Sequence record: OQ503491.1
Origin: Acinetobacter phage vB_AbaA_LLY
Strand: one strand, 5' to 3'
DNA length: 42,869 nt
The translations under genes and the position numbers were made by a program. The notes below the pieces were generated by a model. That model had not been told where the DNA came from, did no database searches, and saw only the letters and a list, made by a program, of their open reading frames with translations. Below are positions 18,296-27,600 of the stretch, in pieces (position 1 is the first letter of the stretch; each line of letters begins with the position of its first letter).

Positions 18296-19341
18296 TGTTC
18301 TTGAATCCGCACGGGATTGATATGCAGCTGCTCTTGCAGATACTGCAAACGCACCGGCCTAGCTGGGCGAGTACCAAGTGGTTCGAGCCGCTGCTCGAAT
18401 GGGCGCTTGGCAGTGATATGCGCTACGTAAAGGACAAGCACGGGAACTACTTCGTGCTGGTGGGGGACTCAGAGCAAAGCGACGTGGCGTTTACGTCTCA
18501 TCTCGACACAGTGGCGCGCCCAACCAGCGCTGCGCCGGACGTCGGCTGCACTAACAAGGGCGTACTGTTCGTAAAGAATCCGCAGCAGGCTGACTGCTTG
18601 GGGGCGGACTGCGGCGCAGGTATCTACCTGATGCTGGAGATGCTGCGGCGGGGTGTGCACGGACGCTACTGTTTCTTCGTGGATGAAGAGATAGGCTGTG
18701 AGGGCAGCGCTGCATCGGTCAAGGATGACACTGGGTTTTGGACTGGTGTCAAGGCAATGATTAGCTTCGACCGACGCGGTGACGGTATTATCACGCATCA
18801 ACGGTATATGCGTTGCTGCTCCGATACCTTTGCCAAGACCCTAGCAGAGCGCCTGGGACGCACGGAGCAGCACTTACAGAAGGGGGTGTACACTGACTCT
18901 GCTGAGTTCGTTGGTGTTATCCCTGAGTGCACCAACGTCGGCGTAGGGTATATGCACGAGCACACCCCGGATGAGGTGCTGGACCTGAACATCCTGGGGC
19001 AAGTGCTTGAGCGAGTACTGCAAGATGGTACGTTCTCGCGCCTTCCTATTGAGCGGGACCCGAAGGTAGTAGAGCCAGACCAATGGCTCTCTGCATCGAC
19101 GCTCAGTTTGCGGCAGCCGTGGGACATGCCGCCGGACGAGGACCCGCAATTGCTGGCCGCGTTCCGGGAAGTGTCACAGCTATCTAAACATCAACTGGTT
19201 AGCTGGGTGCAGGAGAATCCAGCGAAGGCGGCGGAGTACATAATGGTGTTCTCCGATTACGGCTTTCGTGATGAGTTGATTGAACTAGGCACCCGAGTAG
19301 TAGAAGACTGGGGCGGATACGATAATATTGTGGAGGGTTGA
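18296..19341 (+). CDS. MH-clan (M42/M20/M28-like) metallopeptidase-like protein
   Basis: Ordered motifs FTSHLDTV (H.D), GADCGAG (bridging Asp), FFVDEEIGCEGS (EE.G..G), GYMHEH (distal His) match the co-catalytic zinc peptidase signature. GGAGG RBS upstream of ATG 18296. Confidence 0.5.
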
Positions 19342-19343
19342 TT

Positions 19344-19805
19344 ATGTCGATGTTTAAAGTCGGTGATAAGGTTATTCGCAAACCACGCATAGACAACCGG
19401 ATATTCGAACGGCATCAAGGGGTTTTTGATTACTATACAATCACGGGTGCAAGTACAGGCGGGCACTGGTTGCAGCTAGACAACTTTACCGACGGTGGAA
19501 GGGACTACTATCCTTGGTACGCAATCAACTTCGAGCTGTACCAAGAACCGGAGGACGAACTGCCGCCGGTTCCAGCCAGTGTAACCTACATGAACTCCAA
19601 GCGCGGCCCTGGAAATGACCAGCGCCTAATTCTTGAGAAGGATAACGGGGGCAGAGAAGGTTTAATGTATATAGGGGTAATTCCTAAGAAGGGAAGCACT
19701 CGGGCAAAGGTTGAGATTGGGATTAACATCGACCCTGATTCAGCCCTGCAGTTGGCACATGACATTCGCCGAATGGCTATGTCGGTTAAGCGCGGGCAGA
19801 AGTAA
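19344..19805 (+). CDS. Hypothetical protein (154 aa)
   Basis: GGAGGG RBS 6 nt upstream of ATG 19344 (ORF track start 19338 is TTG). Confidence 0.45.
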   Translation: MSMFKVGDKVIRKPRIDNRIFERHQGVFDYYTITGASTGGHWLQLDNFTDGGRDYYPWYAINFELYQEPEDELPPVPASVTYMNSKRGPGNDQRLILEKDNGGREGLMYIGVIPKKGSTRAKVEIGINIDPDSALQLAHDIRRMAMSVKRGQK

Positions 19806-20596
19806 TGGACGAGCCGTGGCTTAGAGCCTGCAAACGCTTAGCTATAGGGCAATCCAGTAGATTCAGATGCTGCGGAAAGACGCCCGCAGCAGTAATCTAC
19901 AATAAACCTGATGCTTGGAGTATGTATTGCTTTAGGTGTCACAAGACTGTTAATGAGCACAAGCAGTACCAGCGCATACAGTTACAGGAAGAGCCGAGGG
20001 TGCAGCCCTCTGCACCTGCAGATGCAATTTGCATTAGCCAAGCGCCTGCGGAAACGCAGAGTTTTATTTACGGATTCCTGACCACAAAGGGAATCATGCC
20101 CGAAATGGTGGAGGATGCAGAATGGAGCAAAGAGAAACAGCGGATAATCTTCCGTGTCGGAAGCGCTGCTCTGGGCCGTGCAGTGCATGCTCGGCAGCAA
20201 CCGAAGTGGGTAATGTACGGCAAACCAATAGCTTTCGCTGTCGCGGTACCTGCCGTAGCACCGGCTGTAGCTGCGGCCGCACCTCTAAAGGTCGTGCTCA
20301 CCGAGGACTTACTCTCAGCCCTGAAGATACAGCACGCAGTTACGAGCTACAGTGCGTTGAACGTGCAGGCTATAGCTATGCTGGGTACACGCTTGCCCAC
20401 GCCGCTGAGGGCCTGGCTGATTCAGAATCGCCCGGAAGTGATTCTGATGCTGGACAATGACCCGGCGGGACACGCTGGGGTAGCGGCAGCACGCCGAGCA
20501 CTGCGCCCGTTCATGCAGTGCCGGGAGCACTACTTCGAGGCAGATCCAAAAAACTCTACAATACAGGAGCTTATAGATGCGCTTGAGTCAGGATGA
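19805..20596 (+). CDS. DNA primase (zinc-ribbon plus TOPRIM)
   Basis: N-terminal Cys4 ribbon (CKRL...CCGK...CFRCHK) and TOPRIM acidic motif VILMLDNDPAGHAG. Lies upstream of the helicase, as in phiKMV-like phages with separate primase and helicase. Confidence 0.7.
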   Translation: MDEPWLRACKRLAIGQSSRFRCCGKTPAAVIYNKPDAWSMYCFRCHKTVNEHKQYQRIQLQEEPRVQPSAPADAICISQAPAETQSFIYGFLTTKGIMPEMVEDAEWSKEKQRIIFRVGSAALGRAVHARQQPKWVMYGKPIAFAVAVPAVAPAVAAAAPLKVVLTEDLLSALKIQHAVTSYSALNVQAIAMLGTRLPTPLRAWLIQNRPEVILMLDNDPAGHAGVAAARRALRPFMQCREHYFEADPKNSTIQELIDALESG

Positions 20597-20680
20597 CGTG
20601 GCGGAGGCTGTGGATGCTTTGCGCGCTTTCTGAGAAGCTGAGGCCAGTCAGTTTAATCGAGAATACTGAGGAGGCTCTAA

Positions 20681-21961
20681 TTGGACCTGATAGTTGTGCG
20701 TGCGATGTGCACGCAGAAGGTATGGAACCGCCTGCGAGAGCAGATTCCTAAGTCGATGCTTGCTCCAGATACTTCGAACCTTCTGGACTGGGTGGGGCTG
20801 TACTGGAACACGTACCCGGAGCACCAGGAGGTGCAGTGGGATGCGATGCAGAGCATGCTCAACCTCCGGGCGGGGCACTTATCCCGGGAAGAACGGGTAA
20901 TCATGGACGAGCTTATGCGGGGAGTACAAGCCGTGCCGCAGGATTCTGTGGTGGGGATTGTCCAGACACTGAACGAGCTGGCCTATAGCGGGGAGGTAGC
21001 AGCGCTGACACAGCGCTACCAAGACGGCGAGGAGATTGATTACCTCCTGGAGATGAAGCACCTGCAGCGCAAGTACGGCGATGGTGCTGCAGTGCACGAG
21101 TCACTGCTTGAATGGGAGAGCGGTAGTGTTGACGAAATACTTGCCGCGACTGACGAGAGCGGCGGTCTTAAACTGGGCGTGTTCGAGCAACTCGCTAGCA
21201 ACATCCGAGGTCTACGTGGCGGGGACTGCATCGCAGTGGCTGCTCCTGTGGACTCTGGTAAAACTAGTCTGCTTGCTGCTATTGCTGTGGATTTTGCTGA
21301 GCAAATGCAGCAGCAGCCGGAAGTGTACGGGGACCGCCCTATCCTCTGGTTAGTTAACGAAGGTCCGGCGACGCGTACAGTGCCGCGGGTATATCAAGCG
21401 GCGCTGCACTGGACCCTGGCTGAGATTAAGGACCGGCACAGTAAGCAAGAGTTCGTGCCAGCCTACCTCAAGAAAGTAGGCAGGGCTGACCGGATTCGTG
21501 TTAAGGCTGCGCACTCCTTGACTATGGCGCAGATATCCACGCTCATGGAGGAGATGCGCCCTGCGGTAATCATCATCGACATGGTGGCGAACATCCGTGG
21601 CGGCACTATGGAGACCGAGCACCAGAACCTAGAAGCACGTTGGCAGGAGCTGCGTATCCTTGGGTGCGAGAATGACTGCGCTATTGTAGGGACTATGCAG
21701 CTTTCACTCGAAGGTTACAACATGCTCTTTCCGCCGCTAACTGCTATGAAGCAGAGTAAGATTGGTGTACAGGGCGCCTTGGACTTGGCAATTATGATGG
21801 GGTGCTTGGACAGAAACGAGCAGCCGCACATGCAAAACGTCCGAGGTATCAGTACCCCTAAGAACAAGATGGCACTATCTGGTAAAGAATCGCTCCTACA
21901 ATTCGAGGTAGGATTCGAGCCGGGACGTTGCCGATTTGACGAAGGCCAGATTAATAGGTGA
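20681..21961 (+). CDS. DnaB-like replicative DNA helicase (T7 gp4 helicase-domain homolog)
   Basis: Walker A AAPVDSGKTSLL; Walker B-like IIIDMV. TTG start with a strong GGAGG RBS. Confidence 0.75.
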   Translation: MDLIVVRAMCTQKVWNRLREQIPKSMLAPDTSNLLDWVGLYWNTYPEHQEVQWDAMQSMLNLRAGHLSREERVIMDELMRGVQAVPQDSVVGIVQTLNELAYSGEVAALTQRYQDGEEIDYLLEMKHLQRKYGDGAAVHESLLEWESGSVDEILAATDESGGLKLGVFEQLASNIRGLRGGDCIAVAAPVDSGKTSLLAAIAVDFAEQMQQQPEVYGDRPILWLVNEGPATRTVPRVYQAALHWTLAEIKDRHSKQEFVPAYLKKVGRADRIRVKAAHSLTMAQISTLMEEMRPAVIIIDMVANIRGGTMETEHQNLEARWQELRILGCENDCAIVGTMQLSLEGYNMLFPPLTAMKQSKIGVQGALDLAIMMGCLDRNEQPHMQNVRGISTPKNKMALSGKESLLQFEVGFEPGRCRFDEGQINR

Positions 21962-22012
21962 CTTCCCTAGCGCCTTCTACGAGGGCGCTATGTAGGTACA
22001 CAGGAGGCTACT

Positions 22013-22168
22013 ATGCTTAAACCGTCAGACATAAACTATCTCGATGATGAGGTAATCAAGGCGTACGCTGCGTCTGCAGGTACTTTCCGTAAACGGTTTG
22101 TGCTGGATAGTAGCCAGCTGATTGTGCATCTAGCTATCAATAAAGCTCGGAGGGCTAAATGGAAATGA
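22013..22168 (+). CDS. Small hypothetical protein (51 aa); not in the supplied ORF track
   Basis: AGGAGG RBS 5 nt upstream of the ATG. Overlaps the start of the HNH gene. Confidence 0.35.
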   Translation: MLKPSDINYLDDEVIKAYAASAGTFRKRFVLDSSQLIVHLAINKARRAKWK

Positions 22169-22587
22169 GTGAGTGTGTAGACCACGGTAAACGTAGACAC
22201 GCAGCAGGTTATGCCTACGTAAGACACAGCGGTAAGCGTGTACGACTACACCGTCTAATTTATTGCCAAAAAGCAGGTGTTGCTTTAGAAGATATAGACG
22301 GTTTAGTTGTACGACATACTTGCGATAATGCATGGTGCATCAACCCAGAACACCTTATCATAGGCACGCAGGCGGACAATATACGGGACGCTGTAGAGCG
22401 CGGACGCAATGCTAAAGGTTCCAGTAACGGGCAATCCAAACTAACGCCAGAAGCGGTGATGTATTGCAGGGAGCACTACGTAGCCTACCATCCAGAATTC
22501 GGCGGGGCTGCGCTGGCTAGAAGGTTCGGCGTAGGCTGTTCGGTTGTGCACGACGCTATAAAAGGAAAGACTTGGAGGGGTGTGTGA
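22159..22587 (+). CDS. Free-standing HNH homing endonuclease
   Basis: HNH core VVRHTCDNAWCINPEHLIIGTQADN (H...N...H). Located immediately upstream of, and overlapping, DNA polymerase exon 1. Confidence 0.75.
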   Translation: MEMSECVDHGKRRHAAGYAYVRHSGKRVRLHRLIYCQKAGVALEDIDGLVVRHTCDNAWCINPEHLIIGTQADNIRDAVERGRNAKGSSNGQSKLTPEAVMYCREHYVAYHPEFGGAALARRFGVGCSVVHDAIKGKTWRGV

Positions 22588-24014
22588 GCAGTATTCTATT
22601 TACAGATTATGAAACGGAGAACCACCAGTACTACGGGGGCGTTGCATCTCCATATTGCCCGGATAACTATATAGTCGAGAGCGGTTGGCGAATAGACCGC
22701 ACAAATCCGGATGGCTCTGTTGACGTAGGTACAGTGCAGAGCGTACGTTACGCTAACAAGGAGGAGTTTAAAGCGGCGCCGGTTAGCGAGTGGTTCCCCA
22801 TTCAAGAGGACACTTGGTTAATCGTAGCCCACAACCTGGCCTATGAGTGCTCTTGGTGGTTGACCTATGCACGCAAAGAGTTCGAGGCATTTTTAAAGCG
22901 CGGGGGTCGTGTATTCTGCACAATGCACGGGCACTACATTGCGTCAGACTTTCAGGACATGTACCCATCGCTCGACGAGACCGCACCTAAATACGGAGGC
23001 ACCCACAAGGTTGACGGGGTTAAGTTACTGTGGGAACAAGGTGTACGCACATCTGAAATCGACCCCATACTTTTACATGAATATCTTGTAGGGCCGAGCG
23101 GCGACATTGTGAATACCGCGGTCTGTTTCTACGGGGAATGCGCTGTATTCACAGAGCGCAACCAAATGCAGTATGTGTGGGAACGTCAAGATGCGCTACT
23201 AGCCTGGAGCTATTGCGAATTTTTTGGCCTGTTCGTGAACATGCCGATTGCTCGCAAGAACCAAGAGGAGCAGGAGCAGCGCATCCGCGAGATTAAGCAG
23301 GAGCTGCAGCAGTACATCCCGAAGGACTTGCCGGATACGCTGGATTTCAACTTCGGCTCGGACTTTCATATGTCCGCACTGGTGTACGGTGGGCCTATCA
23401 AGTACCGCAAGAAGGTTCCATACGACCCTCCGCAGTACGTTAAGGCAGACTTCTACAAGTACGAGGACGCAGAGGGTGCGCACACCTATATACCTGTACA
23501 CGACACGCACATGCAAGCACTGCAAACGGAAGGCGGGTGCTGGCGTGTAGTGACATATCGTGCGGGTAAGAACAAGGGGCTCCCTAAAGTATTCCGCCTC
23601 GATACCGAGGAAGAGAAACTTAAATGGGAAGACGACCTTTACTTCTGCCCGGGCCTAGTGAACATCCAGGAGCTTCCGGAAGTTATCCGGGAGAAGTACG
23701 CAGAGCGCGGTGAGTTCCGACAGGCGCGCACCCTGCATGACGGTACGCCAGTATACAGCACCAGCACCGACGCGATGGAGGCGCTGGCTCGCCAAGGGTT
23801 CGAGTTCTGTAAGTTGGTGAACGAACTGGCGGCGCTGGAGAAGGATACCGGCACTTACTATTTGCGAGAAGTACTGGACGCAGAAGGTAAGGTAAAAGAG
23901 CGGAAGGGGATGCTGCAGTATGTAATCCCGGAGCGTCCCGATGGTTCCGGCATCATTCACCACCGGCTGAATACATGCGCCACCGTAACCGGACGCCTGT
24001 CGGGTTCAAACCCT
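22572..24014 (+). CDS. DNA polymerase (family A), exon 1 (3'-5' exo and N-terminal polymerase region; ends ...TGRLSGSNP)
   Basis: Exo I motif LFTDYETEN. Ends in the conserved TGRLS(S)xxP motif, then an in-frame TAA that belongs to the intron. Confidence 0.85.
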
Positions 24015-24713
24015 TAACGGTTAGGGGTTTTAAAACCATGTGAACTCAGGGGAAGCCCAGACCGGGTAATCCTGAACCAATCCAGTCCCATCTACCTTCG
24101 GAGGTACATATGGACAGCATTAAGAATCTGATTGAAAACACCACCTTAACCTTAGAAGAGATTCAAGCGCAGGTGGGTTGTGGTATGCGCACGGTACGTA
24201 ATGTGTGGGCTAGTTACCCCGCCGCCTTCAGAAAGGCGCGTAAAGCGGGGTGCTATCGCAGGTCCAAGTTGGGGGATAAAAACCCTATGTTTGGCAAGCA
24301 CAGCACAGAGCACCATAATTACATCGGGGTTGTATCTGATGGGAAGGGCTACCTGATGGCACTGAAGCCAGACTGGTACACCGGGCGCAAGGGTAGTAAG
24401 CACGTGTTCGTGCACCAACTAGTTGTGTGCAAGGCATTAGGCATAACTGCTATGCCAGCTGGTTGGGTGGTACATCACTGCGATGAAAACCCTCACAACA
24501 ATGACTTCAGCAACTTAGTGTTGATGCTTAATGCAGACCATCGACGTCTGCATTCTGCACTGGCAGGTGCAACGACTATCTCGAAAGAGAGTACACTCAA
24601 GTGGGTGGAAGCGCATGGCACGCCGTGGCGTGAAGATATAGTCTGAACTGCATAGGAATATGCAGCAGCCCCGAGGGGCGGGCGCAGATTAACGAACTGC
24701 GTTGAACACAATG
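24015..24713 (+). mobile_element. Group I intron (699 nt) in the DNA polymerase gene, encoding an HNH homing endonuclease
   Basis: Splicing 24014|24714 restores RLSGSNP|NLQNLP (compare Pol I STGRLSSTDPNLQNIP). Exon ends in U. P1: exon AAACCCU pairs with intron GGGGUUU (U·G wobble). Intron ends in G. R element GCAACGACUAUCUCG and S element GUGAAGAUAUAGUCU are followed by the hairpin CTGCATAGGAATATGCAG. The 5' region is homologous to the other two introns. Confidence 0.85.
24110..24646 (+). CDS. Intron-encoded HNH homing endonuclease
   Basis: HNH motif GWVVHHCDENPHNNDFSNLVLMLNADHRRLH. The ORF's 3' end overlaps the ribozyme core (R, P8, S). Confidence 0.8.
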   Translation: MDSIKNLIENTTLTLEEIQAQVGCGMRTVRNVWASYPAAFRKARKAGCYRRSKLGDKNPMFGKHSTEHHNYIGVVSDGKGYLMALKPDWYTGRKGSKHVFVHQLVVCKALGITAMPAGWVVHHCDENPHNNDFSNLVLMLNADHRRLHSALAGATTISKESTLKWVEAHGTPWREDIV

Positions 24714-25709
24714 AACCTCCAGAACCTCCCACGAGATGGGACCAGTAAAGTAAAACAGATGTTCACCTCCCGCTTCGGGGAGAGTGGGCGCATCACTGAG
24801 GTGGACTACTCGGCACTGGAAGTGGTTATGTCCTGTGTGCACACCGGAGACAGGAAGCTGCTGAGCCTGCTGCAGAATGGTACAGATATGCACTGCTACC
24901 GCTTAGCGTTCAAGGAGGGCAAGACCTACGAAGAGATGTATGACCTCTGCCACAACGCCGATGGGCCGGACTATAAGTACTGGAAGCAGCAGCGTACGGA
25001 CATTAAGCCCCCGAGCTTTGCTGCACAGTACGGGGCTACGGCTAAAGGGATTGCGTTTGCTACGGGCTGTACAGTGGAGTATGCGCAGTCGTTCCTGGAT
25101 AACGAGGCGAAGCTGTTTCCAGACACCATCGGCTTCCGCGCTGTTGTCAAGGAAGAAGTAGAGCGTACCGGTGCAGAGGGGCGCATGTACCGAGAGCAAG
25201 CTGACGACGGCAGCTACAGAATCTACCGCATCGGGACGTGGACCAGCCCTGCTGGTGCTCGCTACAGCTTCCGTCAGAAAGAGCAGTGGAAGGAAGTTGT
25301 GCCTGGGCAGCGTAAGCAGAAGGTAATGGACTACAAGGAAACAGAGATGGCAAATTTCTGGTGCCAAGGAGAAGCCTTCTTCTTAATGTGTGTGGCAGCC
25401 GGTATGGTTCTGCGTGCATTTTTGGCGCGGGACTGGTTCGACAATCAGGTGTGCCTGATTACGAACGTGCACGATGCGCTCTATACCGATTCTGCTAATG
25501 AGGAGATTGCTGTGTTAGCGGGAAACCTGGTTAAGCAATGCATGGAAGAGGCACCTAAGCGCATACACCAGCTCTGGCCTAACTACGGGATTATAGGGGA
25601 GGTACCCTTCCCCGCAGAATGTGAGCACGGGCCAAGTATGTACGCTAAGACAACTACACCAACAGTAGAGGAATATTATGCCGAAAGAAATGGGCCCGGA
25701 CCTGCGTGA
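24714..25709 (+). CDS. DNA polymerase (family A), exon 2 (palm/fingers: motifs A, B, C)
   Basis: Motif A VDYSALEVV, motif B RTDIKPPSFAAQYGATAKG, motif C ITNVHDALYTD. Confidence 0.85.
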   Translation, partial: NLQNLPRDGTSKVKQMFTSRFGESGRITEVDYSALEVVMSCVHTGDRKLLSLLQNGTDMHCYRLAFKEGKTYEEMYDLCHNADGPDYKYWKQQRTDIKPPSFAAQYGATAKGIAFATGCTVEYAQSFLDNEAKLFPDTIGFRAVVKEEVERTGAEGRMYREQADDGSYRIYRIGTWTSPAGARYSFRQKEQWKEVVPGQRKQKVMDYKETEMANFWCQGEAFFLMCVAAGMVLRAFLARDWFDNQVCLITNVHDALYTDSANEEIAVLAGNLVKQCMEEAPKRIHQLWPNYGIIGEVPFPAECEHGPSMYAKTTTPTVEEYYAERNGPGPA

Positions 25710-26169
25710 GGTTTTCACTTACGACGCAGAGACTGGGGAGTTACGGTGGAATGTATCGAGGGGAAAGGCAGCTGCAGGGTCGCTAGCCAACTCTAGAACC
25801 TATGACGGGAGATACTACAAGGCCACTTATAAGGGTACTGTCCTACTAGCTCACAGATTGGCGTGGTACTTACACACTGGAGAACAACCTCCCGACGTCA
25901 TAGACCATGCGGACGGTGACGGGCTCAATAACTGCTGGGACAATTTACGCGCCGCAAGTTCCAGCAGTAACCAGTGCAACATAAGCGCCACAGTCAAATC
26001 CACTTCCGGTATTAAAGGGGTGTTCCCCATCCGTGGTGGAAAGCTCTGGCGAGCGGAAGTATGTATTAACGGCGCGCGTTACCAGAAACATAGCGCCGAC
26101 CCACTAAAGCTAGAGGCCTGGGTTAAAGCTAAGAGAGAATCGCTGCACGGCAAGTTTGCTCGACACTGA
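25678..26169 (+). CDS. Free-standing HNH endonuclease with AP2-type DNA-binding domain
   Basis: HNH VIDHADGDGLNNCWDNLRAAS. AP2-like segment GIKGVFPIRGGKLWRAEVCINGARY. Overlaps the 3' end of the polymerase gene. Confidence 0.7.
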   Translation: MPKEMGPDLREVFTYDAETGELRWNVSRGKAAAGSLANSRTYDGRYYKATYKGTVLLAHRLAWYLHTGEQPPDVIDHADGDGLNNCWDNLRAASSSSNQCNISATVKSTSGIKGVFPIRGGKLWRAEVCINGARYQKHSADPLKLEAWVKAKRESLHGKFARH

Positions 26170-26184
26170 TAAGGAGAAGGTAGA

Positions 26185-26406
26185 ATGAATATTAAACCAG
26201 GCAGCATTGTAGAGTTATTAGAACTGGGACCAGAACCTATCGGTCCAGAATTGAGTAGTTACTTCGTGCCTGGTTCACAGCACCGGGTTATCTCTTATTG
26301 CGAAGAAACTTGGGAGGTAGAACTGATAGACCCTACGAATGGTTCAGAAGAACCTGGGGATGGTATTACCTTCTTCCCGGGAGAGTATAAACTTATCGTG
26401 GAGTAG
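26185..26406 (+). CDS. Hypothetical small protein (73 aa)
   Basis: AGGAGAAGG RBS upstream of the ATG. Confidence 0.4.
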   Translation: MNIKPGSIVELLELGPEPIGPELSSYFVPGSQHRVISYCEETWEVELIDPTNGSEEPGDGITFFPGEYKLIVE

Positions 26407-26510
26407 TGATAGGTGGACCCTTGGGTGGTGTAGGGTGTTAGGGTAGCATATAAATGGGCTTAAGGTCAACTAAATAATTAAATAAAATTATTTGTTGACT
26501 CTGGCTTGAT

Positions 26511-26525
26511 TCTGTGATTCACAGA
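26511..26525. promoter_or_regulatory. Near-palindrome TCTGTGATTCACAGA in an AT-rich intergenic region (operator-like; possible origin or promoter region)
   Basis: Inverted repeat TCTGTGA-T-TCACAGA. Upstream is an A/T-rich 40-mer (AACTAAATAATTAAATAAAATTATTTGTTGACT) that includes a TTGACT -35-like hexamer. Confidence 0.3.
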
Positions 26526-26526
26526 G

Positions 26527-26550
26527 AATTAATGTGATACGAGTAGGAAT
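26527..26550 (+). promoter_or_regulatory. Copy A of recurring motif AATTAATGTGATACGAGTAGGAAT; candidate phage promoter or regulatory element
   Basis: Near-identical to 34782-34805 (ATTTAATGTTACCGGAGTAGGAAT); lies upstream of the phosphoesterase gene. Confidence 0.3.
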
Positions 26551-26568
26551 AACACAAGAGAGGCAACC

Positions 26569-27549
26569 TTGGCTAGAATTAGTTTAATCAAACTGTGGAC
26601 CAAAGAAGAGCACCAACAAATTCTTGGCAGTTTCCTCAATAACACTGATGCAGCCATTGCGTACAATAACAAATTTTGCAAGGGGGACGTAATAGTGTCT
26701 CGTCAGCTTGTGCGTTACTGGCGCAGCATCTTCATGGATAACAACGGCAACAAGTCAAAGGCTAATAATGCTTTGATGCAAGCCCGAAAACTAATCCAAC
26801 CCTCCCCAACGGATGATATTGGGGATACGTTTGTACCTGAAACCTGCAGGCGTGTGCTTGTTATCGGGGACTTGCACGAGCCGTACACACACCCGGACGC
26901 GTACGACTTTTTGCGTACTGTTCGGGATGAATACTGCCCAGACATTGTGGTGCAGATAGGGGATGAGACAGACGGGCACGCTATTAGCTTTCACGATAGC
27001 AGTCCGGAGTTGGACAGCGCTGGGGTGGAATTAGAGAAGGCCAAGCTCGGCCTAGAGAAACTGCACGACCTGTTTCCTAACATGCTCCTGTGTGATTCTA
27101 ATCACGGCTCCCTTGTATACCGCCGGGCCAAGGCTCACGGACTCCCTGTACAGTTCATTAAGAAGTACCGGGACATCCTGTTCCCGGAGCACGGGGCACC
27201 GGGGTGGAGTTGGGGTGATGCTTGGGATTTGGGGACGCCGCTGGGTGTTGTACGCTTCCAGCACCAGGTATCTGGGGACCTGCTGCTCAACGCGGCTCAT
27301 GAACGTAAGTCCATGGTGATCGGACACTTCCATGGGAAGTTAGATATACAGTATGCGGCGAGCAGCACTGCCCTGTACTTTGGTGCGCACTGCGGTTGTT
27401 TAATCGACAACAAGAGTCTGGCATTTGCTTACGGAAAGCTGTCAAGAAGCAAGCCGATTCTGGGGTGCATGGTTATTACGGACGGGTGTCCGCAAATCAT
27501 ACCCATGCTCATGGATACTTCCGGTCGTTGGGTCGGCCGCAGCCAGTAA
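26569..27549 (+). CDS. Calcineurin-like metallophosphoesterase (Ser/Thr phosphatase family)
   Basis: Motifs VIGDLHEPY (GDxHG), IGDETDGH (GDxxD), LLCDSNHG (GNH[DE]). Confidence 0.7.
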   Translation: MARISLIKLWTKEEHQQILGSFLNNTDAAIAYNNKFCKGDVIVSRQLVRYWRSIFMDNNGNKSKANNALMQARKLIQPSPTDDIGDTFVPETCRRVLVIGDLHEPYTHPDAYDFLRTVRDEYCPDIVVQIGDETDGHAISFHDSSPELDSAGVELEKAKLGLEKLHDLFPNMLLCDSNHGSLVYRRAKAHGLPVQFIKKYRDILFPEHGAPGWSWGDAWDLGTPLGVVRFQHQVSGDLLLNAAHERKSMVIGHFHGKLDIQYAASSTALYFGAHCGCLIDNKSLAFAYGKLSRSKPILGCMVITDGCPQIIPMLMDTSGRWVGRSQ

Positions 27550-27600
27550 GCCCTGCATCTGCACGTAAATATCATTTGAACTAAACGAGGACGTAATTAT

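Noticed and set aside
24702-24713. Apparent ATG start (MNTM) of the downstream DNA polymerase fragment
   Set aside because: These 12 nt are the 3' end of the intron. The real exon 2 begins at 24714 (NLQNLP). Treating 24702 as a start would imply a split polymerase lacking the TGRLS-NLQN junction.
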